A stretch of 64,000 bases of DNA, from the NCBI GenBank assembly GCA_010093815.1, contig ML996566.1; one strand, written 5' to 3'. This DNA is from Pseudovirgaria hyperparasitica (lineage: Eukaryota). How positions within the stretch are numbered: the stretch's first letter is position 1; each line of letters opens with the position of its first letter. The position numbers and the translations under genes were made by a program. Of the stretch, positions 23,458-35,606 are shown in pieces. Below the pieces are notes generated by a model. That model was not told the origin of the DNA and made no database searches. It saw only the letters and a program-made list of their open reading frames with translations.

Positions 23458-24744
23458 ATGCCTCGCCAGCTACCATGGGCGACGGACAAGAACAGCGGGC
23501 CTGAGAAGGTGCCTCCACCATTGAAGTGCCCCGCAGTCGCTACTTATCATACCGATGACGATATTGAAACAGAACGGCGCAATACAGGACTTGGTATAGA
23601 CATATTCGCCTTACTGCGCACATAGTATAACTAATGTAACGTAGTCCGAGCCGCATCAAGCTCACCAGTACCACCTCCGTCGCCATTAGAAGAGGAGTCA
23701 GCCTTACGTTAAGCGAAATTGCTTCACAGGCTTACACAAGACAGGTTTATGAAAGAGGGTCTTGCTGCTGATGATATATGGATCATGGTTGAAGACGAGT
23801 TTCTGGATACAGCCAAGCTCTTCACGCGACATCTACACCGTGCGGAATATCAGCGACTGAAGAACCTCGCGAAGCTCGAAACCGCGCGCAGGACGAACAA
23901 TCTCTCCCGACCCTCTGTGAATGAAGATGCGGCAAGCGCAGATATCACACGTATGGAAAAGAGCCGAAAGCGAGACCAGACACAGCAGGCCGCCGTTGCC
24001 GGGTTGGCTGCAACCGCGCATGATATTTCTTCAGACGATGATGCTCCATGGATGTTCGAACCACATCTGGGCAAGCTCATGAGGCGACCGCCCCCGATAT
24101 CCAAGAATCTGGCTTCAGCAGCCGGTATCAAATCAAAGAGTCGTGCTGCGGCAGGTTACAAGAAAGCTAGATTATCGCCTCCTCATAGAACCACAAAGCC
24201 CAGCGCTGTCTCCTCGTCTGCGGACTACAATAGCATGGCTGGACTTGCGCAAGAGATTGGGGCGGTGAAGGAGAGACTGTTATCGGAGGACGAGAATGAC
24301 CTTGATGCCCCGGCTCCGGCGCGATTCTCGCGAAGGCCTGAAGCGAATCGTGATGATAGAGTTCCTGCTGCACATTCAGTATCCGTTAAGCAGAAGGCAT
24401 CACACAACGCATCTGATATTCAGAAACCATCAGAGCGAGTATCATTAGGCAAGTCATCAATAGCACAAGGTTCCACGCAGGCATCGACCTCCACTCGCGG
24501 ATCCAAGCCGACGCCGAAGTCAGACTCGACTACGCGGAGGTCTTTCTACACTGAGCGATCAGTTCCAAAGGCCTCTTCCGTAGCAGATGAAGATGACTGG
24601 TCTATGAAATCCTCGACCTCGTTAAAGACTCGTGAGCTTCTAAACCGACGTCGAGCTGAGCGAGCAAAGAAACAGAAGGAGGAAGAAAAACAGCAGAATA
24701 ACAAGTCGTATTCGTTAGATGAGATACCCACGTTTCTGTTTTGA
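23458..24744 (+). CDS. Conserved fungal hypothetical protein
   Basis: Introns 23594-23644 and 23697-23744 give MPRQLPW...SSSPVPPPSPLEEEFMKEGLAADDIWIMVEDEFLDTAKLFTRHLHRAEYQRLK...DEIPTFLF, motifs I recall from uncharacterised Pezizomycotina proteins. Confidence 0.75.
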
Positions 24745-25965
24745 TGCAGCATTGAACATTATTCTCAGCGAAGCGTTGACAGATTTTCGTTTACTCTTAT
24801 GACTCCCTTGCTCACCTTTCAGCCGCTGGCTTGATTCTTAGTTCATGGTAATTCATGGTATAACTCGCCACCGAGCACCGAGGTGTTGAGCTTGCTAAGG
24901 GGCACTTGAACGGTGCTATCGTCTTACCCCTGTTGCAGCAACCGAGCGGTATCATCCATGTGGAGCGGTACAGCCAAGCACAGTCCCTCGCATGCCAAGT
25001 GTCGAAAATTCCACTCACATAGTGCACGGCGCAGACACGACCCTTCGCTCAGCCAGCCGGCAAGAATTACCCCAAGGCGTGTAGGAGAGAGATGATGTAG
25101 CTCGTGTGATTACTGTATAGATCCTTTCTGGCGTTGGACCATGCGCTGCATAGATGCCGCATCGCCATCGCCATGGATCGCCAAGACCTATATAAGTTGA
25201 CATACGGGAACCACTCTACTAGCCTCGAGCGGGGAATACAGGACTAATACGTCACAAACTGCATCTCCACTTTTTGCCAATGACAAAAAGTGCTCAATAG
25301 GTCGGCATGATGCGGGCGCACGATTAGCTACGTCCCGATATTTACGGCCTGTCGTACAGATGGAAATGGTAACGTCTCCAAGCCTCAAAGGCGATAGTTA
25401 TTCTCGCCTGAGTCCCGAGGTCGTTCCTATTGGAGAATGTTGGCCTAAAGTCGCGCGGGGTTTTCATGCAGGTGGTTGGGAGTGTGTGGGAGGACTGCGA
25501 AACTAGAATACCGGTTGCTCCCTTGCATACGTCGGCCGAAGGAAGAGCAGCCAGCAATGAGTGAATGAGTTGGGTGGGCTAGGAGGAGTTTGAAAGCCGT
25601 TACCTGCTAAGGTACCATATTAGTTGAAAGAAAGGATAATTAATGGATGCGACTACTGCACGTTATCAGTTCTTGGCATCCTTTGACCTGAATGAAGAGG
25701 TTGCTGCGCCCGATCTGTGTGGCCCGGCTTTCCCACTTCTCTGGCTAGATATTTCTTGGCCGTCTCTCTTGGGGGTACCCTTTCAAGCTTGGCCGGTCCG
25801 ACTTCTAGATTCCTCTCGTTGGATGATAGCTGGATAGATAGATAGCTACATGGCATTCGTGGCCGAGTTCTTCAGTCTACTTCTCAAATCTCTTCTCTAG
25901 TGGGAAAGCGCATTTCAATTCGCAATATCCCATCTCGCCTTTGCGCCGCGGGCTTCTTACACCTC

Positions 25966-28281
25966 ATGGCCTCTACGAGTGTCGATTACGGCACAAAGCC
26001 AGCGTCGATTGTTGATGCTAGAGGCTCGCCGGGCAGTGAGAAGGCTTGCGATCCCGAACGTCGAGCGTCGATTCGATCGTCTAACGATCAAGCTGCTGTA
26101 TCTCACGATTCCACGCACCGGAAGTTGAAGCCTCGTCATATTCAACTGATTGGCATTGGCGGTACGATTGGCACGGCGCTCTATGTGCAGATTGGTCGTC
26201 CGTTGATTCAAGGCGGCCCGGCAAGTCTGTTTATTGCGTACACGATATGGTGAGTTGGTTCATTCCCAATGCCAGAACAGAACGTCGGTAGGACATGCCC
26301 ATGGATGCAGTCTTTCAGACTATCACTCCAGGTGTATGCCATCATGGATCATGAATATACACGCATACAGAAAGCATTCAGAACAGAGCCTTATATGAAT
26401 GTGTCAAATAGGTGTGGATTCGTCTTATGCGTAACACTGTGTATGCAATTCCATTTCTCTTCCTTGTCCACAGCACTATGCCTCCGAGAAACACACGCCC
26501 ACAAGCAGTTTCCATACCCCCGGAAATATCTCCCATAGCGCCTGATCCAATCGCACAGTCCAACATTCGACCATTACTGAGACTGTCGTCATGTAGGCAT
26601 GGCTGAGATGGCCACATATCTCCCCATATCCTCGCCCTTCATTCGCTTCGCTGGCAGGTTTGTCGATGGTAAGTAAGATTGTAAAAGACACTGGAAGAAT
26701 GCTAAAGTATTTGTAGAAGCGTTTGGATTCGCAGCGGGTTGGGTAATTATATCTCACTCGGAGTATCACAGAGTCACGTAGACTGAGTATCCCGCAGAAC
26801 TTCTTCGTATTCCAAGCCGCTCTGGTACCATTCGAAATTGTAGCCTGCAACCTCATCATTCATTTCTGGAGCGACGCCGTGCACGCCGGGGTCATTATCA
26901 CTATCGTCATAGCACTCTACGCGTAAGTCAACACCAGAATATGTTGCACCTCATCATCCTAAGTACCACCCAGCCTCATCAACCTCTTAGCCGTAAAATG
27001 GTACGGCGAAACCGAATTCTGGGCCGCTCTGGGCAAGGTCCTTCTAATCGTCGGTCTTATCATCTTCACCTTCATAGCCATGCTAGGCGGCAACCCCCTA
27101 GGCGACCGTTTCGGCTTCCGATACTGGCGCGATCCAGGGGCATTCACATCTCCGCCCGCATTCTCATACACGGGCGACACGGGCCGCTGGCTCGGCTTCT
27201 TCCAGTGCCTGATCCAAGCTGCTTTCGCCATCGCCGGACCAGATTACGTCTCCATGGCCGCCGGCGAGGCAGAGAACCCGCGCGTCATAATGCCGCGCGC
27301 GTACAAAGCCGTCTTCTACCGCCTGACGGCGTTCTTCGTGCTGGGCAGTCTGTGTGTCGGTATTCTGGTGCCGTACAACGACCAGGACATGATTCGGGCG
27401 TTTGAGGACGGCGAGCCGGGCGCGGCGGCGAGTCCGTATGTTGTCGCGATGAATAGGCTGCAGATCAGGGTCTTGCCGCATATCGTCAATGCGATGGTGC
27501 TTGCATCCGCATTCTCTGCTGGAAATAGCTACGTGTACTGCGCGAGCCGCAGTCTCTTCGGTTTGGCTCTCGAGGGGAAAGCGCCGAAGTTTCTTACTAT
27601 CTGCAATCGCAACGGCGTGCCGTACTACTCCGTCGGGATCGTCCTTCTCATCGCGCTGCTTTCGTTCCTCCAGCTTTCTGAAAACACTGCTGTTGTGCTG
27701 AGTTGGTTTGTCAGTCTTGTGACGGCGTCTCAGCTGCTCAATTTCAGTGTCATGTGCTTCACTTTCCTGCGATTCAAGAAGGCGTGTGAGGCACAGGGTC
27801 TGAATCGCAATACACTGCCGTTCCGCGCGCTCTTCCAGCCGTATATCGCGTATATCGGGCTTACGGGCACGCTGCTGATGGCGATTGTGGGTGGCTATGC
27901 GGTGTTTTTGCCCGGGCAGTGGGACGTGCCGACGTTTTTGTTCTCGTGAGTTTCAAGCCCTCTGATCCATGAATAGATCTGCTAGATTCATATGGACTGT
28001 ATACGAAAACGAGTGACTGCTGACTTTTGTTTCCCCCAGGTACTTTATGATTGGCGCCTTTCCCGTGCTGTATATTGGATGGAAGGTCATTCACAAGACG
28101 AAATTCAAGGCCCCGAGCGAGGTCGATTTGTATAGGGATGTGGCTGAAATTGAGGAGTATCAGCGGACCTATGTGCCTGAACCACCGAAGTGAGTATGCG
28201 AGATGTTGGTTTAGTAGATGCTGTTGCTGACATTCAGGTAGAAACACGGTTGACAAGTGGTTCAACAAGATTTTTAGCTGA
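25966..28281 (+). CDS. Amino-acid permease (APC/YAT family, Agp2/proline-permease-like)
   Basis: HRKLKPRHIQLIGIGGTIGTAL, KWYGETEFW, AAGEAENPR, FSAGNSYVYCASRSL. Introns 26250-26411, 26441-26596, 26669-26716, 26743-26797, 26923-26973, 27946-28039 and 28190-28241 keep the frame. Confidence 0.92.
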
Positions 28282-28835
28282 GATGTTGGAGAGGTATGCA
28301 GCAATGTGGTACGGCATGCCGGGACAAGTAGATGTAGCTGTGAGCAGGCCTCATAGCTCCCATAGACTGTAGGGCAATTAGACAGAATGAGCTGCAGCTG
28401 TTATATTGAAACTTCATGACGATCACGTGCTCGAAGTGAGACGAGTGTGGTGAACCTACCACATGAGCCACTGAGCTAACCCGATAAAGCTAGTGCCTGC
28501 CACCCAACAACGCGGTTCTTGAACGTGGAGTCAGATGAAACTTTCAGTACAGTAGAACGCCACAATGACACGAGCTGTGGCTTGTTTCTTCAGCCACCAA
28601 CGTGGATATTACACACTTATACTTGCTGTACACCACTGATATGCTAATGCTTATGCTCTATGCTTTTGCGTCTCACAGCGATCGTCCAGCTTTTATCTCT
28701 TCACCGTTGCGTGCGACAGATGCTTCACAGGCTGTGCTTTTTGAAAAAGCACACGAAACTCTACACCTACCGTGCGTGCACCTAAATACCTCTGTATCGG
28801 GAGCACAGACGGCCGAACGCCATGTGAATAACGCG

Positions 28836-29185
28836 CCTCGGTCCGGCGTCCGCATCGGCGTTTGACTTTTCAGCGTCCGTTTCCCAAACATATGAATTGG
28901 CGCGGCTCAAGCCTACTGCGTGGGAAAGGGTTTATGGCGAAGACACCAGCACGCTTTCTGTTGACTATCTGACCGTTTCGTTCCCCAACCTGGGGTCCGT
29001 AGTGTGGGCGTCATTAGACCTCGGCATCTCCCTCTCTTCCTCTAGTGGCGGTGGTGAGTCGTCGTCGTGACGGAGACTCGAGAGGGGGGGAATGGATTGT
29101 CCCCCCCTGCAGCACGCACACAGAATGTCCGGACTAGGGGGCCCATAATACAAGACCATTCATCCATGCCCCATACGTGCCTCGG
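28836..29185 (+). promoter_or_regulatory. Three CCTCGG motifs (FarA/FarB/Ctf1-type Zn2Cys6 core sites) upstream of the monooxygenase
   Basis: CCTCGG at 28836, 29019 and 29180, all in the same orientation. Confidence 0.45.
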
Positions 29186-29480
29186 TCGGTTTCTTCCCAC
29201 TGCACAGAGTCCTCCACGAGCAGAGAGAGGCTTGAGACAAAAAGAGGAGAAAGCATAGGGCCTGTTGTATATAATATTAGAGACGCCCCCCTGGCCCTGG
29301 ACCGTGTCCGTTCCTTGTCGCACATCAACTTTCCTTTCCCCACTATTAAACTTTTGTATATTGCCGGTACGACGCACAAAGTTGTTTCCTGCACGACGCG
29401 TTATATTTTTCGTCGTGTCTGTTGAAACGTCTTGCTGGAGTATTGCCTTGCACCACCTGTGAGACGTCACGGACAATATC

Positions 29481-31058
29481 ATGGGGTCTATTCAGCCGCC
29501 GTCGTCGGTGTCTACCGAGAGCGTTGATGTCCTGGTTGTGGGCGCTGGTGTTTCTGGTATCAACGCTGGGTACCGCATCCAGACCGAACTCCCACACTTC
29601 ACATACAAGATCGTTGAATCTCGTGGTGCCATCGGTGGTACATGGGATCTTTTCCGCTACCCTGGTATCCGGTCTGACTCGGATTTGCACACTTTCGGCT
29701 TCCCGTGGCGTCTATGGGCTCACAGCAAGAGTATTGTAGACGGTACCTCGATCCGAAACTACATCCGGGAGTCTGCAGAGGAGTTTGGCATCGACAAGAA
29801 AATCGAGTTCAAGCACAAAGTCCTGTCCAGCGACTGGTCGTCCCAGGAGCAAAACTGGAACGTCATTGTTGATAATGAGGGCACTGAGAAGAGGTACAAG
29901 GCGCGCTTCTTGCTCTTCAGCACCGGCTACTACGACTATGATACGCCGCTCCAAACACAGATTCCTGGCCTGGATAACTTCCAGGGCCAGCGGATTCACC
30001 CGCAGTTCTGGCCCGAGGATCTCGACTACACCAACAAGAACGTAGTCATCATCGGATCCGGTGCCACGGCTGTAACCCTCCTCCCGAACATGACCGACAA
30101 AGCCGCAAAAGTCACCATGCTGCAGCGCAGTCCCAGTAAGACCCTCCTCCCCCTTCTTCAATCTCAAACTTCAGACTCACAGCTAACCCCCCAAACAGCA
30201 TACATCATCCCCCAACCCGCCAAAGACCCCCTCGGCTCCATCTGGCACCGCACCCTCCCCACCTGGCTCTCCTCCCGCCTCACCCGCTGGAAATTCCTCA
30301 TCCTCCCCCTCATCTTCTTCCACTTCTGCCGCACCTTCCCCAACGCCGCCCGCGGCGCCATCCGCCTCGTCACAAAGCGACAACTCAAGGGCTCCCACCT
30401 CCCGCAAGACCCACACTTCCAACCAACCTACAACCCCTGGGAGCAACGCCTCTGCGTCACCCCCGACGCAGACTTCTTCCAAGCCATCCGCGCCGGCAAA
30501 GGCACCGTCGTCACCGACACCATCAAGCTCGTCAAGAAAGACGGCATCCAGACCACCGCCGGCACCTGGATCCCCGCCGACATCATCGTCACGGCGACAG
30601 GCCTCAAGGTCCACCTCGCCGGCGGGTCCCGCATCGCCGTCGACGGCCAGCCCTTCTCCTTCTACGAGCAATTCCAGTGGCGCGGCGCCCTGATGTCGCG
30701 CCTTCCCAACGCCGCCTTTGTCCTCGGCTACACGAATGCCTCGTGGACGCTCGGCGCAGACTGCACCGCTCTGCTCTTCACGCGCATCATGAAGTACATG
30801 GAGGCTCAGGGGTATGCGTCCATCACGCCGACGCTCACGCCCGAGGATCTCGAGGGCCCGGCGGCGCTGAAGCCGAGCAGTCCGATGAATTTGAATAGTA
30901 CGTATTTGGAGAAGGCGAAGGGCTTGTTGCCGTCGGCTGGGGATCGGGGCCCGTGGAAGGTGCGGAAGAATTATATTTTGGATCGCTGGGCGGCGGTGCA
31001 TTGTGATGTTACTGAGGGGACGGTGTTTCGGAGGGGGGAGACGAAGAAGGTTGCTTAG
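29481..31058 (+). CDS. FAD-dependent monooxygenase (EthA-like Baeyer-Villiger type)
   Basis: GAGVSG, GGTWDLFRYPGIRSDSD, FQGQRIHPQFWP (FxGxxxHxxxWP), GSGATA, DIIVTATG, GYTNASWTLGAD. An in-frame 63-nt intron 30136-30198 restores LQRSPTY. Confidence 0.93.
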   Translation: MGSIQPPSSVSTESVDVLVVGAGVSGINAGYRIQTELPHFTYKIVESRGAIGGTWDLFRYPGIRSDSDLHTFGFPWRLWAHSKSIVDGTSIRNYIRESAEEFGIDKKIEFKHKVLSSDWSSQEQNWNVIVDNEGTEKRYKARFLLFSTGYYDYDTPLQTQIPGLDNFQGQRIHPQFWPEDLDYTNKNVVIIGSGATAVTLLPNMTDKAAKVTMLQRSPSKTLLPLLQSQTSDSQLTPQTAYIIPQPAKDPLGSIWHRTLPTWLSSRLTRWKFLILPLIFFHFCRTFPNAARGAIRLVTKRQLKGSHLPQDPHFQPTYNPWEQRLCVTPDADFFQAIRAGKGTVVTDTIKLVKKDGIQTTAGTWIPADIIVTATGLKVHLAGGSRIAVDGQPFSFYEQFQWRGALMSRLPNAAFVLGYTNASWTLGADCTALLFTRIMKYMEAQGYASITPTLTPEDLEGPAALKPSSPMNLNSTYLEKAKGLLPSAGDRGPWKVRKNYILDRWAAVHCDVTEGTVFRRGETKKVA

Positions 31059-31858
31059 AGGTGTGGTTTGTGGGTGTGTGATTCGTTGTTGTGTGGATGG
31101 TTTCAGACGATGGGGGAGGACTAGGCGTTGGGAATTGTGTGGGTGGGCCGTTTGAGGCTGCGTTGCAAGAGTGCTACATAGAGTGCTGCGTGATATACCT
31201 CGCTTTTAAAATATAATCAATCTTCCTGTCCAACGTACTCGGTCTATTGCTGTTCTATGTTTGATGTGCCATCACAATTTTTGCACATTATTCATCGTCT
31301 TTAATAGACGGGCCAGCTAAGATTCGGATGAGAGCGCTTCGTTACTGTGATACGTTGCAAGAGGTCAATGACAAACCTGATTTGTGTGGAGGGTGCGTCT
31401 TCAGTGTTCTAGTCCTAGTAGAGAGGGGATCTGGGATAGGGTGTAGATGTGTAGGTATGCGTTGTCGTTCCCTTAACGTCTTGATTCGAGTATCACAGTG
31501 CACGAGTCCTCGTATCTTTGAACACTGATACGAGGACCCCTATCCAATCACAACAACACAGCTCCGAATGGAAATCAGTATGAGAGGCGATTCGTCTTCA
31601 ATTCCACGCTTTTTACAAGTCTAAATCTTGATATACTACATTACAGGGGGCGGTGAAGAGGTGGTGGTGACCGATATGAGAAGTCGTGAGGAGGGCTACG
31701 CTGATGCAAGGGCGGTCGTGGCCGGATTAGGTACAATGCCCCCAAGAATTGCGACGCGCCGCGACGACGCCTCTGTTACGCATTGACGACGCCGACAAAT
31801 ATATGTATACATGAATTTCGAGAGAACACATCGTTTTTGTTTCAGAGAGCGCATGTGC

Positions 31859-32291
31859 TTATTCGTTGATCTTTGCAAGGAGCTCGTGGTCGCGGAACAG
31901 GGAATATTCCTCCTCGCCGACCTTGATCGGGCTGCCGCCATACTAGGAACAGATGTTAGGATTATGACTGAATTCAGACCATGGAGATGGATTTTCTCAC
32001 CTGTGGAATCAAGACCTTGTCGCCGGGTGCGACGCTGGGTGTCATGCGCTTGCCATCCTTATCGAAACCGCCGGGGCCGACGGCCAGGACCTTGGCCTCG
32101 TTGAGTTCCTTGACCGCGGACTCTGGGAGGAAGATGCCACCGGCAGTCTTTGTTTGGGCCTTGATTCTCTGCACGAGGACGCGGTCGAGGAGAGGAGCGA
32201 GGGATTTGATGGACTTGAGGGCGGTAGTCTAGATTCCGTGTTAGCCATGATCATCGAGCTTTGTGCACTAGGGCGAAGCACAACGCACCAT
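31859..32291 (-). CDS. HSP10: 10 kDa mitochondrial chaperonin
   Basis: M|TTALKSIKSLAPLLDRVLVQRIKAQTKTAGGIFLPE...VLIPQ|YGGSPIKVGEEEYSLFRDHELLAKINE*; introns 32288-32229 and 32000-31943. Confidence 0.97.
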
Positions 32292-32418
32292 TGTGATGGA
32301 TTGAGTAGATGAATCTGATCGCGACGACAAAGATGCAATTGAGAGATGATAGTTTGAAGTTTGTTGTTCTTGTATTGCGGCGGAGGCGGAGATGACGAGA
32401 GGAAAATGGTCGACTCCG

Positions 32419-32433
32419 GGAAAATTCCAGAAC
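32419..32433. promoter_or_regulatory. Perfect heat-shock element (nGAAnnTTCnnGAAn)
   Basis: gGAAaaTTCcaGAAc about 130 bp upstream of the HSP10 ATG; a CCAAT box lies at ~32450. Confidence 0.8.
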
Positions 32434-32567
32434 CTCATATACGCACGGACCAATCGATTGTTTGAGCTCTCTCTCCACCGAGGTTGTCCAAGAGCTGGCT
32501 GCATGGTCTCCATCGCACTGCCTACAACACGCCCTGGCCGAGTAGGGTCGGGTATGAGCAGTGTGGT

Positions 32568-34471
32568 ATGGTATACACACCAGTTTCAGTGGCAGAGTTT
32601 GCAAAGGCGTTCCTCTCAATATGGAGACCACAAGGACAGTCATGCCGCTTGGGTGAGTTGGGCCCTTCTCTGACAATGAGGTTGATATCTGCTAACGATC
32701 ATCGCAGCACTTGGTATCAGTGGTGGAGTAGATTCCATGGCTCTAGCATACCTCGTCAAACAGTTGCCCCCTGAGTTTGGCTTTCAACCAATCGCCTTCA
32801 TCGTCGACCATCAGATCCGCCCCGAAAGTTCAAAAGAGGCTCAAAAGGTGGCGGATTGGCTTGCTCGTGAAGGTATGATATATATCTCCATTGGAAATTA
32901 GCCCGCTCTAATCATATTTCTCAGTCGGTATAGAGCCTGAGATCTTAACAACCTCCGTTCCCAACACGGGCAAGGGACCTAATCCAAAAATCGAAACATA
33001 TGCCAGAAAAGCAAGATATCAAGCCCTCGGACGTGCATGCGGGCATCACGGCAGTGACAGGCTCATGTTAGCCCACCATCAGGATGACCGGATCGAATCA
33101 ATGCTCATGAACATCATCTCTGGGAGATTGACGCGGCGGCCGATGAATTCCGTGGCGGGGATACCTGAATGTGAAGGTCTTCATGGCGTGTATGAAAGCG
33201 GTGGTAGAACCCCATCAGATGCCCGATTCAAAATGTGGGAGTCCCGCAGATGGTTCGTCTCTCCTGCGCGCGATTGTGAGACAGGGGGTGTTCAGATACT
33301 GAGGCCACTCCTATCCTTTCCCAAGGGGCGGCTGCGTGCTACCTGTGAGGCCAACGGAGTTCCGTGGGTAGAGGATTCTACAAACCACGATCCGACATAT
33401 ACTGTACGCAATACAGTCCGACATTTACTGAAGTCCGAACGGCTGCCTCTTGCTCTTCAACCCAAATCTATTGCCGGTCACATAGATCGCCTCGTCAAGC
33501 GGTACTCGCAGATAGACCGCGAAGTGGAATCGCTCCTTGAACAATGTAAAATGAAATTTGAGCCGCGTATCGGCTCACTGCGTGTCCAGTTTCCACCAGA
33601 CGAGATCATGTGCAATTCTGCTGGGCAACACCTCGTCCGCAAAATTCTATCGATGGTATCCCCCTTGCACAAAGTTGAGCTTGCGCAAATACGCAACGCC
33701 ATGTCGAGCTTGTTCCCGTGGTTTACTTCGTCCAATGACGCGGAGATAGCAGCCGCCACGCCTATCCGTTCTTTTACAACATCTGGAGTCTTGGTATCGG
33801 CCGCTTCACCTCTTCCTCATTGGGATATACATCGCTCCGCATATCTGTTCACTCGCGAGAAGCCACCAAGTACTTCTTCGGCCCCGCTGATGCTAATTCC
33901 TCCCGTCGACCCCGACCACGACGCAGGACCAGTGCACACTCAATGGACGCTATGGGACGGCCGGTACTGGATAAAGGTCAAGAACCCCCTGACAGAGCCG
34001 CTCGTGATCCGCCCATTGTACGAGGAAGAACTTGGGGATCTCTACCGTTATTCCGGGCTAAGGGGTCCCGACATCGAGAAGCTCAAACGATTGATCAAAA
34101 GCGTGGTCCATAAAAGGGGATGGCATAGCCTACCGGTGATAGCTCAAGTGAGCAATCCACACGCCATAATTGCACATCGGAAGCTTTTAACCCACTTGAA
34201 CGCCCATCCAGGCTCCCAGGAATACAACTGGGCTCCGGGCAAGAATGGATGTGCGGACGTTATCGACGCAACAGTGAAGAACAAGTGTATAGACGCCAGG
34301 TGCTCTGTGACCATAGAACGTGACCGTGGCCGCGTAGTTGCATTGCCGAGTCTTGGCTGGGTCAACGCCAGATTTATGACGCGGGGACTTCGATGGGATA
34401 TCAGATACAAGAAGCTGGATCCGTGGCTTGAGTCGCGTTTGGCTGTAGAAAAGCTGATGGGAAAGTCTTGA
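32568..34471 (+). CDS. tilS: tRNA(Ile)-lysidine synthase-like PP-loop protein (probably mitochondrial)
   Basis: Introns 32653-32707 and 32873-32924 give ALGISGGVDSMALAYL, IVDHQIRPES, ETYARKARYQAL, LAHHQDDRIE, ILRPLLSFPK, WVEDSTN..RNTVR, which are TilS/MesJ motifs. Confidence 0.85.
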
Positions 34472-35606
34472 AGAGACACGGAAGGTCCGGAAAACCATTT
34501 CTACTCGGTGACTCACTGATCAAACTGATCTGGTCTCAAAACACTACCTCTAGGCCTTGATTCCTCGCAGGTTGTCGGCCATAGCTGCGCTAGGAGGACT
34601 GAACGATGCGGACATCGACGTAGGACGATGTATCGGCCAGCATATTGTCATATCTCATATGACGCTCTATGTTCTCAATCAGGTCGCATTATATCCTGGC
34701 TAAACGTTCGACTATCCACTGGAGTGGATGGGCTGGCGCAAAGAAACTACGTCTTTGTGTGGCTGGTAATCAGGTCCCAAAGTGCTTGATGTGAAGGTAT
34801 AGCCATTTCCACTAGTGAAATGACCCAGAATCAATTGATAACAGGCCTTAGATTACAGTGATGCCTGGCTTCTCAAAGTCAAATTTACCGATGAGATAGC
34901 GTTCCTGGTCTTTAGTGATACGTTAGTGGTCGAGTGAGAAAGTATATATGTACTATACCAGGAATATTGCTTATATACGAACACGAGAATACCTTTTACC
35001 AATTACCTGTACTGATGTTGGAGGGCTGTTCAACTGCCCGATTCATTACATTCTGATGGCTACAGGACAGTAACTGACGGGTTTTCGTGCATAGAATGCA
35101 CGTGTGGTCTGGAATATGCAACGATGGAGAAGATTGACGATATTGACGGCTATACAACACTGCCCTGTCCTTATAATTTTCGTGAGCCGCAGTCGATCAA
35201 AATGCTTACATGGTCAAATTCCACGGCTTATCCGCAATACATATCTAATGGCTAGTCTTTCGCATAATGCAGATTCATCTAAGTCGCAAAACTCCTCTTT
35301 CCATGTTTTCAAGTCTCTTCTGCTAACAGATCGGCTAAGTAGGTCTCGTTTGCACCTTCCAGAAGCAAGCAATCCACTCTCACACTATGATTTGCTATCT
35401 TGCATAGACCGAGCCCTGAACATTCACGGTCCTGAATATCATCGATACGAACTGCGGTTCTGATTACGCCATGCCTGGTCTTTCTTTTTGCTTTCACTGA
35501 ACGTCACTCCTTCATACTCTGTCTCCCTATGAGTCTTTCTTCCGCTTCCCCCTACGAATTATACCACTGCCAGCATTCTGTTCGAAGCTGATCTCCTGTT
35601 GCTATA

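Noticed and set aside
18185..31058. MFS, permease and monooxygenase as a secondary-metabolite cluster
   Set aside because: No PKS, NRPS or terpene backbone gene, and the genes are interleaved with housekeeping genes.
34500..35500. Possible gene or relic between the TilS-like gene and the membrane-protein gene
   Set aside because: Only short ORFs and no recognisable motif or repeat boundaries.
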